Assembly: GCA_951406725.2 (NCBI GenBank)
Contig: OX597815.1
Location: 192,510,001-192,574,000, forward strand
DNA length: 64,000 nt
Origin: Octopus vulgaris
Lineage: Eukaryota
Reading direction: 5' to 3'
In this document: positions 36,830 through 50,691 of the stretch, piece by piece
How the letters are laid out: every line of letters starts with the position of its first letter
Numbering within the stretch: the first letter of the stretch is position 1
Position numbers and translations under genes: made by a program
Notes under the pieces: model-generated
The model's database searches: none
The model's input: only the letters and a program-made list of their open reading frames with translations
Told to the model about the DNA's origin: nothing

Positions 36830-37369
36830 TGGATATTTTTATCACATTTTCAGCATTTAACATCCCAATATTGTGTCCTAATCCTTATTCCTTCAATTTC
36901 ACCAATCGTCTTGTGTTTGGAAACAATCTCTCTCGATTTCTTTGTTGTTTAAAGCAACGACTGAAGTCTTTTATCCTCTTTGCAGTTCCTTTACAGTGCC
37001 TTTCCTAATTTTGCCTATTTTTCCCCCCTTTATGGTTTTTTGATCTATAATTTCATTTACCTTTGCATTAGTCATTTCTCTTCTGTTAAATTTTCACTTT
37101 TTTTCCCCCTTGAATACTTTCCCAGGAATTGTAAGCTACGATAGACACACTCCCTTTCGTTCTTACCGCTTTTTTTTTTTCAGGTGTTGCCATTGTTATA
37201 TTCTCCTTATTTTTCCACATTGTTATTCATAACATAATATCTCCCGCACCGATATTGAGAAAGACGTAACTATCTGTTTACGGTGGTAAAAAAAAAAAAT
37301 GAAATACAGAAAAGTCAAAGCATTAACTGCAACTTCGGAAATGGATAGCTTTGACATTTCTATATACAG

Positions 37370-37476
37370 ATGTGTGTGAATGCGTGTGTGTGTGTGAATG
37401 CGTGTGTGTGTGTGTGAATGTGCGTGTGTGTGTGTGTGTGAATGAGTGTGTGTGAATGCGTGTGTGTGTGTGTGAA

Positions 37477-37532
<56 letters not shown>

Positions 37533-37703
37533 TGTGTCTGTGTGTGTCTGTGTGTGTCTGTGTCTGTGTCTGTGTGTGTCTGTGTCTGTGTCTGTGTGTG
37601 TCTGTGTGTGTGTCTGTGTGTGTGTGCCTGTGTGTGTGTGCCTGTGTGTGTGTGTGCCTGTGTGTGTGTGCCTGTGTGTGTGTGTGTGTCTGTGCCTGTG
37701 TGT

Positions 37704-37737
<34 letters not shown>

Positions 37738-37791
37738 CTGTGTGTGTGTGTCTGTGTGTGTGTGTCTGTGTGTGTGAATGCCTGTGTGTGT

Positions 37792-37829
<38 letters not shown>

Positions 37830-37845
37830 CTGTGTGTGTGTGTGT

Positions 37846-37920
<75 letters not shown>

Positions 37921-38189
37921 TGTGTGTGTGCGTCTGTGTGTGTGCGTCTGTGTGTGTGCGTCTGTGTGTGTGTGCGTCTGTGTGTGTGTGCGTCTGTGTG
38001 TGTGTGCGTCTGTGTGTGTGTGTGCCTGTCTGTGTGCCTGTCTGTGTGCCTGTCTGTGTGCCTGTCTGTGTGTGTCTGTCTGTGTGTGTGCGTCTGTGTG
38101 TGTGCGTCTGTGTGTGTGCGTCTGTGTGTGTGCGTCTGTGTGTGTGCGTCTGTGTGTGTGCGTCTGTGTGTGTGCGTCTGTGTGTGTGC

Positions 38190-38226
<37 letters not shown>

Positions 38227-38291
38227 TGTGTGTCTGTGTGTGTGTGTGTGTCTGTGTGTGTGCGTCTGTGTGTGTGTCTGTGTGTGTGTGT
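37370..38291. repeat. ~900-bp compound (TG)n microsatellite
   Basis: TG runs punctuated by TC, CC, CGTC and AATGC variants. Confidence 0.95.
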
Positions 38292-38944
38292 ACTTGCGAG
38301 CGAACGTGATATTATTGAAAAGTCTATTCTGCATACAAAACAAAATTAAAACAAACTAACAATGAAATATTTATTAGTTCTACTCTCTTTACAAAATTAA
38401 TGAAGACGATATATCAACATCACAAAAATAAAATATGGAAATTTGAAAGCTTAGATTGAAATTTAACATGTATTGTATTCTTATTTCTTTTTCTTCAGAT
38501 TTATCAATCGTCTCTGCGCAAGTAATATTATTGGAAATTTCATATATACGCGTGGCTGTACGATATGAAGCTTGCTTCTATACAACATGATTCGGGGTTC
38601 GGTTCCACTGCGTGGCGCTTTGGGCGAGTGTCTTATGTTATAGCCAACCAAAGCCTTGTGAGTGCGTTTGGTAGACGGAAACTGAAAGAAGCCCGTCGAC
38701 TATATAGACGTGTATATATAGACGAGCTGGTAGAAACGTTAGCACGCCGGGCGAAATTCGTAGCCGTATTTCGTCTGTCGTTACGTTCCGAGTTCAAATT
38801 CCGCCGAGGTCGACTTTGCCTTTCATCCTTTCGGGGTCGATAAATTAAGTACCAGTTACGCAGTGGGGGTCGATGTAGTCGACTTAATCCCTTTGTCTGT
38901 CCTTGTTTGTCCCCTCTGTGTTTCGCCCCTTGTGGGTAGTAAAG

Positions 38945-39061
<117 letters not shown>

Positions 39062-39539
39062 GGTCTCCGCATTCGCAGTTTGACAACCGGTGTTGGTGTG
39101 TTTACGTCCCTGTAACTAAGGGGATCGGCAAACAAGACCGATATGATAAGTATTAGGCTTTAAAAAGTTCTTGGATCGATTTATTCGGCTAAAATCCTTC
39201 ATGGTGGTGCTCCAGCACGGTCGTAGTCAAGTGACAGATAAGTAAAACAATATAGGTATACATACGTACATTCATACATATATATATACAAGCATATATG
39301 TATGTCTTTCTCCCTCTTTTCTTCTGTGTATACACAGACACACACACACGACACAACAAATCACGGATTTGGCTTGGGAGACTATTTATCGAAAATACGA
39401 TGAATACTATCTCCAACTTTGAAAGCACAACTATCAGCCTTGTTAAATAACTGGTTAATCTTCAGATGAATTAACTGCAGGAGTCTATTATTCACGATCG
39501 TAGTGATTTTCGACTAAAACTTGAATATTCCAGACAGAG

Positions 39540-39775
39540 AGTTACTACAAACAACATAAGCTGGACACAACAACACACTTGAGGAACAGAACGAAAACAA
39601 CAGCTCAACAAGTAAACAAATTCTTCCTAGCTGTAGTTATAGAAGAAACTGTAACTACAAAACTCATTTCTCTTTGAGTTACGAATTGAATAATGATATA
39701 TTTAACTGCTACAAAAAAGCGAAACAAAACCCCACTGTTAGCTATATAAAACGACTGAAATCATATTAATAATAA

Positions 39776-39808
<33 letters not shown>

Positions 39809-41505
39809 TGTGTATAGTGCTCAGGTGCACTACAACTCATCTAAAGTGTATATATAATCAGGTGTAGTTTCGGCGGATTTCGGAAAGCATGAGGGCCTTA
39901 AAGCATGATCGTCCTTATTGGGACGATCTGCGTCCAGAATTAAATCGTTTTACAGTGAAGCAACTACGCCAACAAGCAACATTTGTAGAACATAGCAAGG
40001 TTAGTAACTGTAACTTGATTTTTAAAAAAAAATCGAAAATTAACGTTCTTCCCAACTCTATAAACAAAAACGTGAATGATGTAAGACCCCCACACGGTTT
40101 CGCAGCTAACGACATTCCAACAGATTCCATAGTGCCTGCCAGCCAAACTACATTACTGACTCAAGTAACTGACCACTGTCCCCCTATTACGACTATGATA
40201 AATAGCAAGCACAGCTGCAACGATTATTATTGTAGTAGTAGTCAGGATAATATTCTGATGAAATGTGCCTTTTCTGAAATTTTCCGAGAAAAAAATAACT
40301 TTGGCTTTGAAAGACTCTCTCGAGGAGAGAGGATTCTCTAACAAAGTAAGTAAAAAATCACCAGATGCGGTATTAAAAGCTGTTAACGAAACTGGTGATG
40401 AGTATTTACAACAGTATGATGAACTCATATTCTGGCAGATTAACGCCTGTATATACGCTCTGGATACTGCTGTAAAATAGTACATGAATGAGATGCAAAA
40501 AGTAAACAAAACCGAAATAACAAAGAAAATACCATCATGGGATTTGAAGACAGAAAAAAAAAAAAGATAATTGGTTTATGGAAGACCATCAATCATGTAA
40601 TGATGCTTATTGCATGCAAAGAAGCAAATAATGATACGTCACACCAACAGAAAGTAAAGGAGACAGCAAAGAGGGGACACTCACTTGCAAACTGATTACC
40701 CTAAAGCAGTAGCTAAAAGCTGTTAGTGAAAAACTCCGACATCAGAAGAGAATAACCGAGAGAGAACAATAAGCAAAAATAAAGAATTAACTGCAACCAG
40801 GCAGCAATATACAGTGACGTGGGAGGAGGAGCGATAAATATCATGGAAGCTGTAACGAAACAGGTGTCACTGAAGAATATTACAGCCGAATAAAGAAAAT
40901 TTGGACCTCAGAACTCTCTGTGTTCAATAAAACAGTGGCCCACAATGTGTTTGGAGTGCCAGTACTCATACCAGCATTTGGGATGCTTGATTGGACGCAT
41001 GATGAGATCCGAGCTATTGATGTGAAAACTCGAAAAATACTAACAAGCACACGGAATTTCCACATAAAGTGATGTAGACCACCTCTACCTAAAACGTAAA
41101 CAAGGGGGGCAGAGGCTTAACATCAATCCAAAATGCCTTTGAATGTTTTATGATAATCCCTTCGGCAACATCTTTTAACTATCAAGCGTCGAAGTGCACC
41201 CCTTGACCAAGTTTGCATATATGAAGCTGATAACATCATAAGACTTGGAAGGCAGCTTCTTGAGCAACAGCCTGATAACCTAGAATCTATGCCAAAGAAG
41301 TCGCACTACTACCTCAATGTATCATATGATGAAAGGATGAGCCTATATGAGCAGATGACTATGCATGAATATATTAGTAGAAAGCTCCGGGATGATAGTA
41401 ACGACGATCATCAGAATAATTTATCATGGACGAATAGCCGGATTATTATCTTCCACTTTGAAAAGTTTGCGTTTGCAATCCAGGAATAGGAAATATCAAC
41501 CAAAG
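39540..41505 (+). mobile_element. Degenerate, internally deleted R4/Dong-like LINE
   Basis: KIWTSELSVFNK...AIDVKTRKILT...LYLKRKQGG-RGL; ends with SWTNSRI...FAIQE, matching 10470-10560. Confidence 0.75.
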
Positions 41506-42080
41506 CAATTTTTAGGTGACACTCAAACAGGATGTGATGGTTATCTGCTCTACAGACGTCGTAGTTCTTATTCTTGTTACTCTCTTTCCAAGATAAGTTG
41601 GCACCAGTGCCCACTTCTCCGACTTCAAGGCTTTAGTGGAGCGCATTACTGTTTCCTCTACCGTTCCGAATTTCCTGCCTCTACGGGAAAATTCGACTTT
41701 ATCGCTCAAATTATTCAGGCATTCTTCAACTTCTCTCGCCATTTCTTTCTTCCTAGTTAGTAGTGACAGGGTTCTGTAAACCACTGTCGTCAGTTCCTTG
41801 TTTGTTGTCACCTCCGTTGGTGGCGTCAATTTTAACTTTGCACCCTCTCTCCTGAATAAATTTCGGCTGTTCTCTACTGCCTACAAGTCCACAGCCACTT
41901 CAGTTACTTCCAGCTGCCTCACAGCTTCTGCAACACTTTCACGATTTGCTACTGCTACGTGGCTGCAAGCACGCGCTTGCTCTTTGTCCATTGCAGCTGC
42001 CCCCCTTCTAGGAGAGAAAGACCACAAAACAAAAGCAAAACAATCTTACAATTCAAATAGTCAACAGGTACCCCGCTAGG
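41506..42080 (-). pseudogene. L1/Tx1-like ORF1 fragment related to 29355-30965
   Basis: VVYRT...RRGRKFGTVE...LVPTYLGKR parallels IYRT...RRRKYGTVE...LPVYLGR. Confidence 0.6.
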
Positions 42081-42933
42081 GAGAACCATCAAAGGATAAC
42101 TTTCCACGACACAACATTTTTAAATTTCGTTAACAGTCTTAAGACAGTTGGATTGCTGATAATTAAATATATTATGATTTTTTTTATTACGTACAAGGGT
42201 CTCACACAGACGGGACAATAAAAGACATGCTGGGACATATAACAATTAAAAATTTAAAAATATAATAATATGAACGACAATAAAAAATGATAAAATGAAA
42301 ATGTACCACCTACCTCACCTCAGCAGCATCACTTCCTTTTAAATCCAGTTAACCCCGGTTTCTTTATTGCCCACAAGGGGACAACACAAAGACGTGTTGG
42401 GACACATAACCAGTTCATGTTTACCCCCCCTCCGCGAATCTCTCCACAAGTTCCTCTCATTATATATACCGTCCGTTAACATATACGCAGAATGCTTGTG
42501 GGAAGAGTCTAAGTTTAGGATCGATGATATTTTTAATTATCAGCAATCCAACTGTCTTATATAGTTAACCAGGTTTAACCCGAAATTTGAGCCCTCGTTT
42601 TATTTTATTCTTACAAATAGAAGGTTAATAGGTTCGAATTCGACGCTAAAACCGTGAATTACTAAGATGCCAAACTATAAAGAATCTAACACCTAAACTT
42701 TAAGTTGATCAAATCTAACCAAAGTGGAAGAAACCATTATTTTATAAAGTTATTTTATAAAGTCGACGTTCATAGGATCGAATTCTATCCTTTCTACTTT
42801 TTAAAAAACTTAAATGTAGCTAAATATTTATGCCTATATGCAATTATAACGTCCGATATTTTATCAATTAAAATTTTCTTGTCTGTTCGAAGTATACTAA
42901 TTCCTTCCTTCGTACATAACTTACGCCTTCCAG

Positions 42934-43320
42934 TGTGGAGGCGCAATGGCCCAATGGTTAGGGCAGCGGACTCGTGGTCGTAGGATCGCGGTTTCAATTC
43001 CCAGACCGGGCGTTGTGAGTGTTTATTGAGCGAAAACACATAAAAGTTCCACGAGGCTCCGGCAGGGGATGGTGGTGATCCCTGCTGTACTCTTTCACCA
43101 CAACTTTCTCTCACTCTTACTTCCTGTTTCTGTTGTACCTGTATTTCAAAGGGCCGGCCTTGTCACATTCTGTGTGTCACGCTGAATATCCCCGAGAACT
43201 ACGTTAAGGGTGCACGTGTCTGTGGAGTGCTCAGCCACTTACACGTTAATTTCACGAGCAGGCTGTTCCGTTGTTCGGATCAACCGGAACCCTCGTCGTC
43301 GTAACCGACGGAGTGCTTCC
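42934..43320 (+). mobile_element. tRNA-derived SINE, family C (copies at 4233-4617 -, 52528-52830 +, partial 53270-53462 -)
   Basis: Head tggcccaRtggttagggca...ggtttcRattccc; tail gtcgtaaccgacggagtgct; TSDs ccttccagt, tgttgatagaaa and acacttcaact. Confidence 0.85.
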
Positions 43321-43429
43321 ACACCTTCCAGTATACGTTTTATATGGGTTGGTTTCCATTATGATCGACCAGTCTAATCTAAATTCCTTATCTCGTATTT
43401 TTACTTTGTTAATATATGTAGCCAGCGCT

Positions 43430-43790
43430 GTTGCATTTTTGTTCTTGAGTTCAAGAATGAGCTGATGCTTCCTGTCTAGTTTTGAAATCTGTGGTACTTC
43501 CTATGTATACTTTCTTATGTTGATTGGCAGTTAAGGCCACAGTCTTGTATACCATGTATTTCCTTAGACTGAAACTTCCTAATGAACACAAATTGCGGTT
43601 CCGACAATTGCAGGCTTCATTTTGGTTGTTCATCCCTGTGCGTTCTTTATCTATGTTATAAATCCTACTCATACTGGGGCTACTCATATTCCCGTTATTC
43701 CCAAGCTTAAATCTATTGTTCCCTGCCATTATCGATCCTAAATTTATAGCCCTGTTGGCCATAAATACCGTTATATCTTTAATAGATCCT
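43430..43790 (-). pseudogene. PLE GIY-YIG endonuclease remnant
   Basis: ACNCRNRNLCSL...MVYKTVALTANQHKKVYIGSTTDFKTR resembles the CNC-CPL-VYK-YIG-FKxR pattern. Confidence 0.75.
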
Positions 43791-44303
43791 GTCTAAAACT
43801 TTCATACTCGACTACTCCTAATTCAGGATCGATAATACCTATTTCTTTACTGCCCACAAGGGGCTAAACACAGATGGGACAAACAAGGACAGACAAAGGG
43901 ATTAAGTCGATTACATCGACCCCAGTGCGTAACTGCTACTTATTTAATCGACCCCGAAAGGATGAAAAGCAAAGTCGACCTCGGCGGAATTTGAACTCAG
44001 AACGTAACGGTAGACGAAATACGGCTACGCATTTCGCCCGGCGTGCTAACGTTTCTGCCAGTTCGCCGCCTCGGGATCGATAATATCTTTAATTATCAGC
44101 AATCCAACTGTCTTATAGTTAACCAGATTTAACCCGAAGTTTGAGCCCTCGTTTTATTTTATTCTAACAAATATTTTAAATTCTATTTTCATACGCACAA
44201 ATGTCTTACTTTACAACTTTTTCCGCTTCACAAAGCCTTTCTATATCCTTGCGAACTTTTAAAAAAATACTGTAACATTTAAAAAAAAAATACTCGAACA
44301 TCT

Positions 44304-44798
44304 GGATCTTTTCACTTTGACCGGCAGATTTTTAAAATAATTTCTTTGTAACTAAACACTTTTAAACTTCGTATACTGATAGAATGTGTTACATAAAACA
44401 TCTTTTTCTCTTGGCTTTCTTGAGAAAATTCTGTAGTTTGTAAGCTATTTGTTGTTTAATTTCTTGCATTTCGGCAATTTCAACCAATCAATGACGTCTA
44501 TTGAGGTGAATACAATTTCTCCGGTTCTTTGTCAACAACATTTTTGGTGGTGTCATATCAATCTGTCACTGTTATTTATGAGAAAAAAGATACCCTGTGG
44601 CCATAAACTGAGGGGTCACTCGTAAACAGAGCTGGATAACAAAACCGTTCCCTCTTTAGTGTCCACCCATAATTATGACCCTAGTATCGAAGAGAAAAAG
44701 ATGTTTTATGTAACACATTCTACCAGTATACGAAGTTTAAAAGTGTTTAGTTACAAAGAAATTATTTTAAAAATCTGCCGGTCAAATCGAAAAGATCC
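44304..44798. mobile_element. MITE with ~105-bp TIRs and 8-bp TSD (Merlin-like)
   Basis: GGATCTTTTC...GAAAAGATCC termini; TSD gaacatct at 44296-44303 and 44799-44806. Confidence 0.85.
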
Positions 44799-44906
44799 GA
44801 ACATCTTTTAAAAAATATAACACTGCTCGCTATGATTTCAAGTTCTGTAAGTGGGAGATATTTTAAGCTTTCTTAATTTTTAAACTATTTCAACCGAGTT
44901 ATTTGT

Positions 44907-44990
44907 ACCTCTGATGAGAGAAACGCGACTATTTGTATCGGCCGGAAAACTCGCCCAATACAAAGACATTCCTCGAAACGATCGTAAGAT
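44907..44990 (+). ncRNA. Hammerhead ribozyme with long stem II
   Basis: ACCT-CTGATGA-GAG...TTTGTAT...ATACAAA...CTC-GAAAC-GATC-GTA-AGAT; intact core, weak stem I. Confidence 0.7.
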
Positions 44991-45250
44991 TTTGTAATAC
45001 TGCTTTTTGGGGGGTGGGGGTGGGTAGGTGTTGTAATAATGGAGCACTTGAAACATAACATCTCGATAAATATCTTATGTATTTTGTATTCCCAAGATAA
45101 AGGAACTTGATCTGTGAAAATCTGCCATCCACTTTGATTATTGTTATATTTTGCTCATATTGAGCACTAATTAGATGCGCTACAACAAAGGTTTCCTTTT
45201 TTCTTATTATTCTATATATAAATATATATACGTGTGTGTGCATATATATA

Positions 45251-45283
<33 letters not shown>

Positions 45284-46149
45284 CGAAATATTGGTCTCAA
45301 ATTTTGGGACAAGGCTAGCAATTCCTGGGTAAATCAATTACGTCGACCTCAGTACTCAACTGGTACTTATTTTATCCACCCAGAGTAGATAAAAGGCAGA
45401 GTCAACCTCAGCAGGATTTGAACTCAGAACGCAAAGACGGACGAAATGCCGCTAAGCATTTCACAAGACGGGCTTACGATTCTGCCAGCTCATTGCCTTC
45501 TATGTACGAAATATTCTTTTCTACTCTAAGCATAAGGCCCGAAATTTTTGGTGTGGATGGTTCAGTCGATTATATCGACCTGACCCCAGTACGCGACTGG
45601 TACTTAATTTATATACCCCGGAAAGATTTGTTTGACTAAAAACCTTTTGAAGGCTGTACTCCAGCATGGCCGCAGTCAAATGACTGAAACAAGTAAAAGA
45701 ATAAACGAGTAAAGGAATAGGGTTCGAATCCTGCTGGTGAAGTTAATATATGTCGGGAACACATTTGACTTGTGAAAAGGCATTTGAAAATTTCTCGCTT
45801 TAGCTGAAAAGTGTTAAAAAGCACCAAAGCTAGTCCAAAGCCCCCGCCCTACGAATTGCTAGGTACTTTTCTAGCTTCTTAGCTGTCTTCAGTGTCAAAT
45901 ACAAAGAGAACGTATGTATGCATGCAAGGCAGCGAGCTGGCAAGACCGTTAGCACGCCGGGCGAAATGCGTAGCATTATTTCGTCTGCCGTTACGTTCTG
46001 AGTTCAAATTCCGCCGAGGTCGACTTTGCCTTTCATCCTTTCGGGGTCGATTAAATAAGTACCAGTTACACACTGGAGTCGATGTAATCGACTTAATCCG
46101 TTTGTCTGTCCTTGTTTGTCCTCTTTGTGGGTAGTAAAGAAATAGGTAT

Positions 46150-46185
<36 letters not shown>

Positions 46186-46439
46186 ATGTGTGTGTGCGTG
46201 TATGTGTGTGTGTGATGGTATGTCTCGAAAATTGTGTGGATTGAATTACTAGTTGGCAGTTTACTTGTATGTCACTACTAATTTAAGTGGTCAAGTTTTT
46301 GACCTCATTTTGCAGTAGGCGTGACATTAGAATCCCGCAGGCGATGTTATAGCTCTTTCTGTCTTCTATATTATATGTATATGTATGTATGTCTGTGTGT
46401 GCGTGGTATAAGGTCAATAGATATCAAATTGATTACAGA

Positions 46440-47847
46440 AAGAACAAATTTTAATAGATATGGTTTGAGGAGTTGAAATAAGGGTCTTGACGTTTCGGAA
46501 GTTAGTCCTTCATCAAAAAGGAAAGAAAAAGTGAAATATTGGGGGGAGAAGAAGGGAGATAGAAATTGTGAAAGTATACACGAAACATAACTTCAAAATA
46601 TTTTTAAAAAGATTTGGAAGGTCACAGGAGGAAGGTAAAGTGTTACAAAACTGAATAAATACTGTTTTATAGAGCAGCTGAGAAGGAAGGAAATGTCAGA
46701 TATGTAGATGCTAGTGTCAGAATATATTTGTGCCTGAAAGTGGTCATAAGGGATGGTGAGTGCATTTGTTTTGGTAAGTTGTATGTATGTGCATAGATGT
46801 GTGCAAGAATGGAAGTATGGCGGTGCTGGTTGGCGAGGTTATTGATGTGTATATGTATATAAGGATGTAAAAGCGTGTGAGAGTATGGAAATAGAGGTGT
46901 TGAATAGGATGGGAAAAGCAAGATGGACGATGTTAATTATGTGTGAGCAAGTGGATAAACAAAAGCTTGTGAGGATAAAAAATTGCTTATTCATTGTGTG
47001 CTGGTTTGAAGAAATGATAGGGAAGTGTATGAGAGGTTCGGGATTCGAGATGTTGAATTTTGAAAGAGAGGAAAAAAAAATGTTTGAGATACTGAATTCC
47101 GAGTGAAAAGAAAATTCGAAAAATTAGTAAAAAATGCAAAATATTGGTAAAAAGCCTGAAGGAAGGTACAAACGGAGAAGAAAGTGAAATAAATTGGATG
47201 CAAGAATGTAAAAAGAAAGACGTTGTTACACATGTGCAATAAAGAAGAAAGAAAATGGCTGACGAAAATAGAACAAAAGTGGTCATTTTTTAGAGAGGAG
47301 TGAACACAAGGAAACAAGCTGGAGAAAAATGTGAGTCGCATCTGTGGGAGAAAGGTGTAAACTGGCTATAGAGTAAGTTATGGTGAAACAGAAGCGACAG
47401 ATATTATTGCAAGTCGAGGTTGACTTTGCCTTTCATCCTTTCGGGGTTGATTAAATAAGTACCAGTTACGCACTGGGGTCGATGTAATCGACTTAATCCG
47501 TTTGTCTGTCCTTGTTTATCCCTTCTGTGTTTAGCTCCTTGTGGGTAGTAAAGAAATAGGTATTATTGCAAGAAAGAAATGGACGTGTCAATGATGCGAA
47601 TCAAAATAAGGAGTGACGCAATCTAGAAGTATGTATGTGTGAAAGTTCCAGTGATCATGCATTTATGAATTGTGTGTGTGTGTGTGAGAGAGAGAGAAGA
47701 GTAGGTGTGCGTAGATGTGTGTCCGCGTATCGGTGTGTGCATCTCGAAGAGAAAAGATAAAAAAGGGATAAAGGCATCTGTATGTGTGCCTATACGTGTG
47801 TATAAATGAATGTGTGAACGTGCCGGGGGAGGTCGAAAGAAGATCTG

Positions 47848-47885
<38 letters not shown>

Positions 47886-48640
47886 AACTGAATATGTGGA
47901 GGATGTGCGTAAGTATAAGAGTAAGAGGGATAAAGTGTGGTAGTGAAAGGGGGACAAAAGTAGATGGGGATGCGGTTAGCGCTACGATTGTGAGGAAACA
48001 GTGTGATAAAGTTTATCATTCTGGAGCAGTCGGTGAAGCGAAGTGCTGCTTAGAAAAAGGGAAGAACCCAGAGGTGCGTAAGTTTTGAGGGGAAAGATGA
48101 GCTTCTGTTCTTTCTCGAAACGGGTGGTGGAAAATCCGGTGCTGGATTTTCCCCAGTCGGATGTCTATGAGATTTTCAAGAATAACCATTGAAAATTAAT
48201 GACTATTAACAATATCCATGTATTCTTCAAAGAGAAGTGCTGCTTAGAAAATGTGAAGTGCTGAATTTAAATCCAGAAGTGTGTAAGTTCTGAGGAAAAA
48301 GATGCGCTCCTGTTTCTTCTCGAAGCAGGTAGTAGGAAATCCGGTGCTGGATTTTCCCCAGTCAGATGTCTATGAGATGTCCTGCGAATCTGTCGGACTG
48401 TCGGTGGCTAATAGGTTTGGAGAAGGTGGAGATAGGTTGCTCGACATACAGTAACGTCGAGGGAATTAAGGGAGGTTGTAGAAATATAGGAATAAAGAGA
48501 GGGAAGATTTTAACCTCTGTGGTTGTAAAGAATTGGCTTACTTCGGACGCAGGTATGCGAGGTTGTTGGTTAGAAGTGCTGGTATTTGTAGCATTTCCAG
48601 AGATCACGGAGAGGCTCCGCTGACTGGTTCTTAGTTGTTT
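46440..48640 (-). mobile_element. Degenerate Penelope-like element (GIY-YIG remnant plus pLTR with HHR-like motif)
   Basis: Remnant ...SDRFAGHLIDI... at ~48362-48450; TTGATGA-A-GGA/ctaact/TCC-GAAAC-GTC-AAGA on minus at ~46486-46521. Confidence 0.55.
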
Positions 48641-48842
48641 TAGAGTGTGTGTATACATGAGAGAGGGAGAGAGAGAGAGAAAGAAAGAGAGAGTTGAGCG
48701 CGTCTGTGTATGTATGTATGTGTGTGTATAGATGTGTGTGCATGATATATGTATGTGTGTGTGTGTGTGTGTTCTAACATACATACAAACACATTTACAT
48801 ATGGTGTGTGTAAATAGGCATGTAAATATATATGTGTGTGAG

Positions 48843-48889
<47 letters not shown>

Positions 48890-49160
48890 GTGAGTATGTA
48901 TGTGTGTATATGTGTGTGTATATTTATGTGTATATATTTACACATAAATATATATATATATATATTCATACACACACATTACACACATATGTGGAATAAA
49001 CCTTAAATTGTATATTTTATTGTCTATTTAAACAACCGCTCTTTTGAAAATTGACAATTTTTCTATTTCATCTAACAATGTTGTTATATTTATCAATGCA
49101 AACGAAGTCCATTATACTTTTGGAGATACGATAATAGAAATAAGAAATATATATACATAC

Positions 49161-49194
<34 letters not shown>

Positions 49195-50129
49195 CTTTAC
49201 ACGAAAGAAAACATTACCAAACAATGTGTATGGTTGGTTAGAATATCAATAATTCTAACTTTAAATAAATTGTGAGAACGTACAATGATATGAAAGTAAA
49301 TAAGTGGGGAAAATACGTTAACATAAACTGAAATACCAGATATGTTTCCAATTAGTCTCTATATTATGTTAAATAATTCAAAGATAACTGTTCATTTGTT
49401 TGAACTAATATCACACACAGCCATACGCACACACACATGCTGTCACCAACGCATACACTTCTCTACCATTTTATTTTTCTTCCTCTTTCTGGTTCTTTGC
49501 CTTTTCGCTCGTATGTGATAAATATAGCGTTGAAGCGACATCAAATTTCCTGGTGACATTCATAACGACCACGTTATACAGATTAACATCGGAGAGTGCC
49601 GTTCGTCTTCCCTGTCAAGATAAGCTTTAGAAAATAAATGTTTTATTGATTATATAAGCTACCAGTTGTATGTGTATATAAATCTCAACATATATCACAT
49701 AAGGTTCATAGATAATTTTGTCGCAGTTTAACCTTTGGCAGTTAAGCTACTCTACAACTAACGTAGTCAAAGTATCACGCCTTAAACTCTTTATTTATGG
49801 CGTGCACGATTGGGATTTAAATATAAAACTGTATAAATACATACGATAAGCTTTCTAACATGTTTTCCAACAGGATATTAGTATTGAATTTAATACTGGA
49901 CTTTGTTAGAGACAAGTAGAATCTGCTAATTGTTACAGGACTTAAGACGTATCTGCCATTCTTATGTGAAATGTCGTGGAAGTTAAAATAAAAATAAGCA
50001 TTTATAAGCAAAGTTTGACAGGAAAAGGCATCAGGCACTTTGTGGTGCAATCAGTAACGCGGTTGCCCAAAATACAATCTCTCTCGCTTTCTTTCTCTCT
50101 CTACTTCTCTATTTGTGTATATATATATA

Positions 50130-50645
50130 TCTATATATATAAAACTGAAGTTGTGTGAGTGTCTGTCTCCTACGATTTAGATTCCTAACTCCTCCCACAT
50201 TTTGCGGTGCAGTTTAACCAAATTCGGGTATCTTATAGTCGTGATTAATATCGAGCTCGTCTGGGTATTAGCGCGCGTCTACGATGAGTCTACGATTTTA
50301 AAAATAATTTAACATCATTTTTTATTCCATTTTAATGCATAATTTTTCGTGTGTCGATGGCGGCGGAGTTGGCGTCCACGCTCAAACACCTGCACCTGTG
50401 TTTGCTTCTCCCCCTTCTTCCCTCCCTCGTGAAGCTGTGGGGAAGGGAGTGTAACGAAATCAACGTCGTAATGCGTTGTCAAGGAGACCAGCGTTCTTTT
50501 AGAACAACGACTTCATGGCTTGAAGACACCAAAACAGAAATGGCTAAGAAAGCCTGAATTGGCATCTATAAGGGAAGTAACTCTCTAAAAATGCTTATAT
50601 AGTTATTTCTCTTACAAACCCGAGCAACGCCGGGCGATACTGCTA

Positions 50646-50646
<1 letters not shown>
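50130..50646 (+). mobile_element. Non-autonomous Helitron
   Basis: A|TC start, cccgagcaacgccggg hairpin, CTAG|T end, no TSD. Confidence 0.85.

Positions 50647-50691
<45 letters not shown>

Noticed and set aside
42934-43010. tRNA gene
   Set aside because: The A/B boxes belong to a SINE head that continues into a SINE body and is flanked by a TSD
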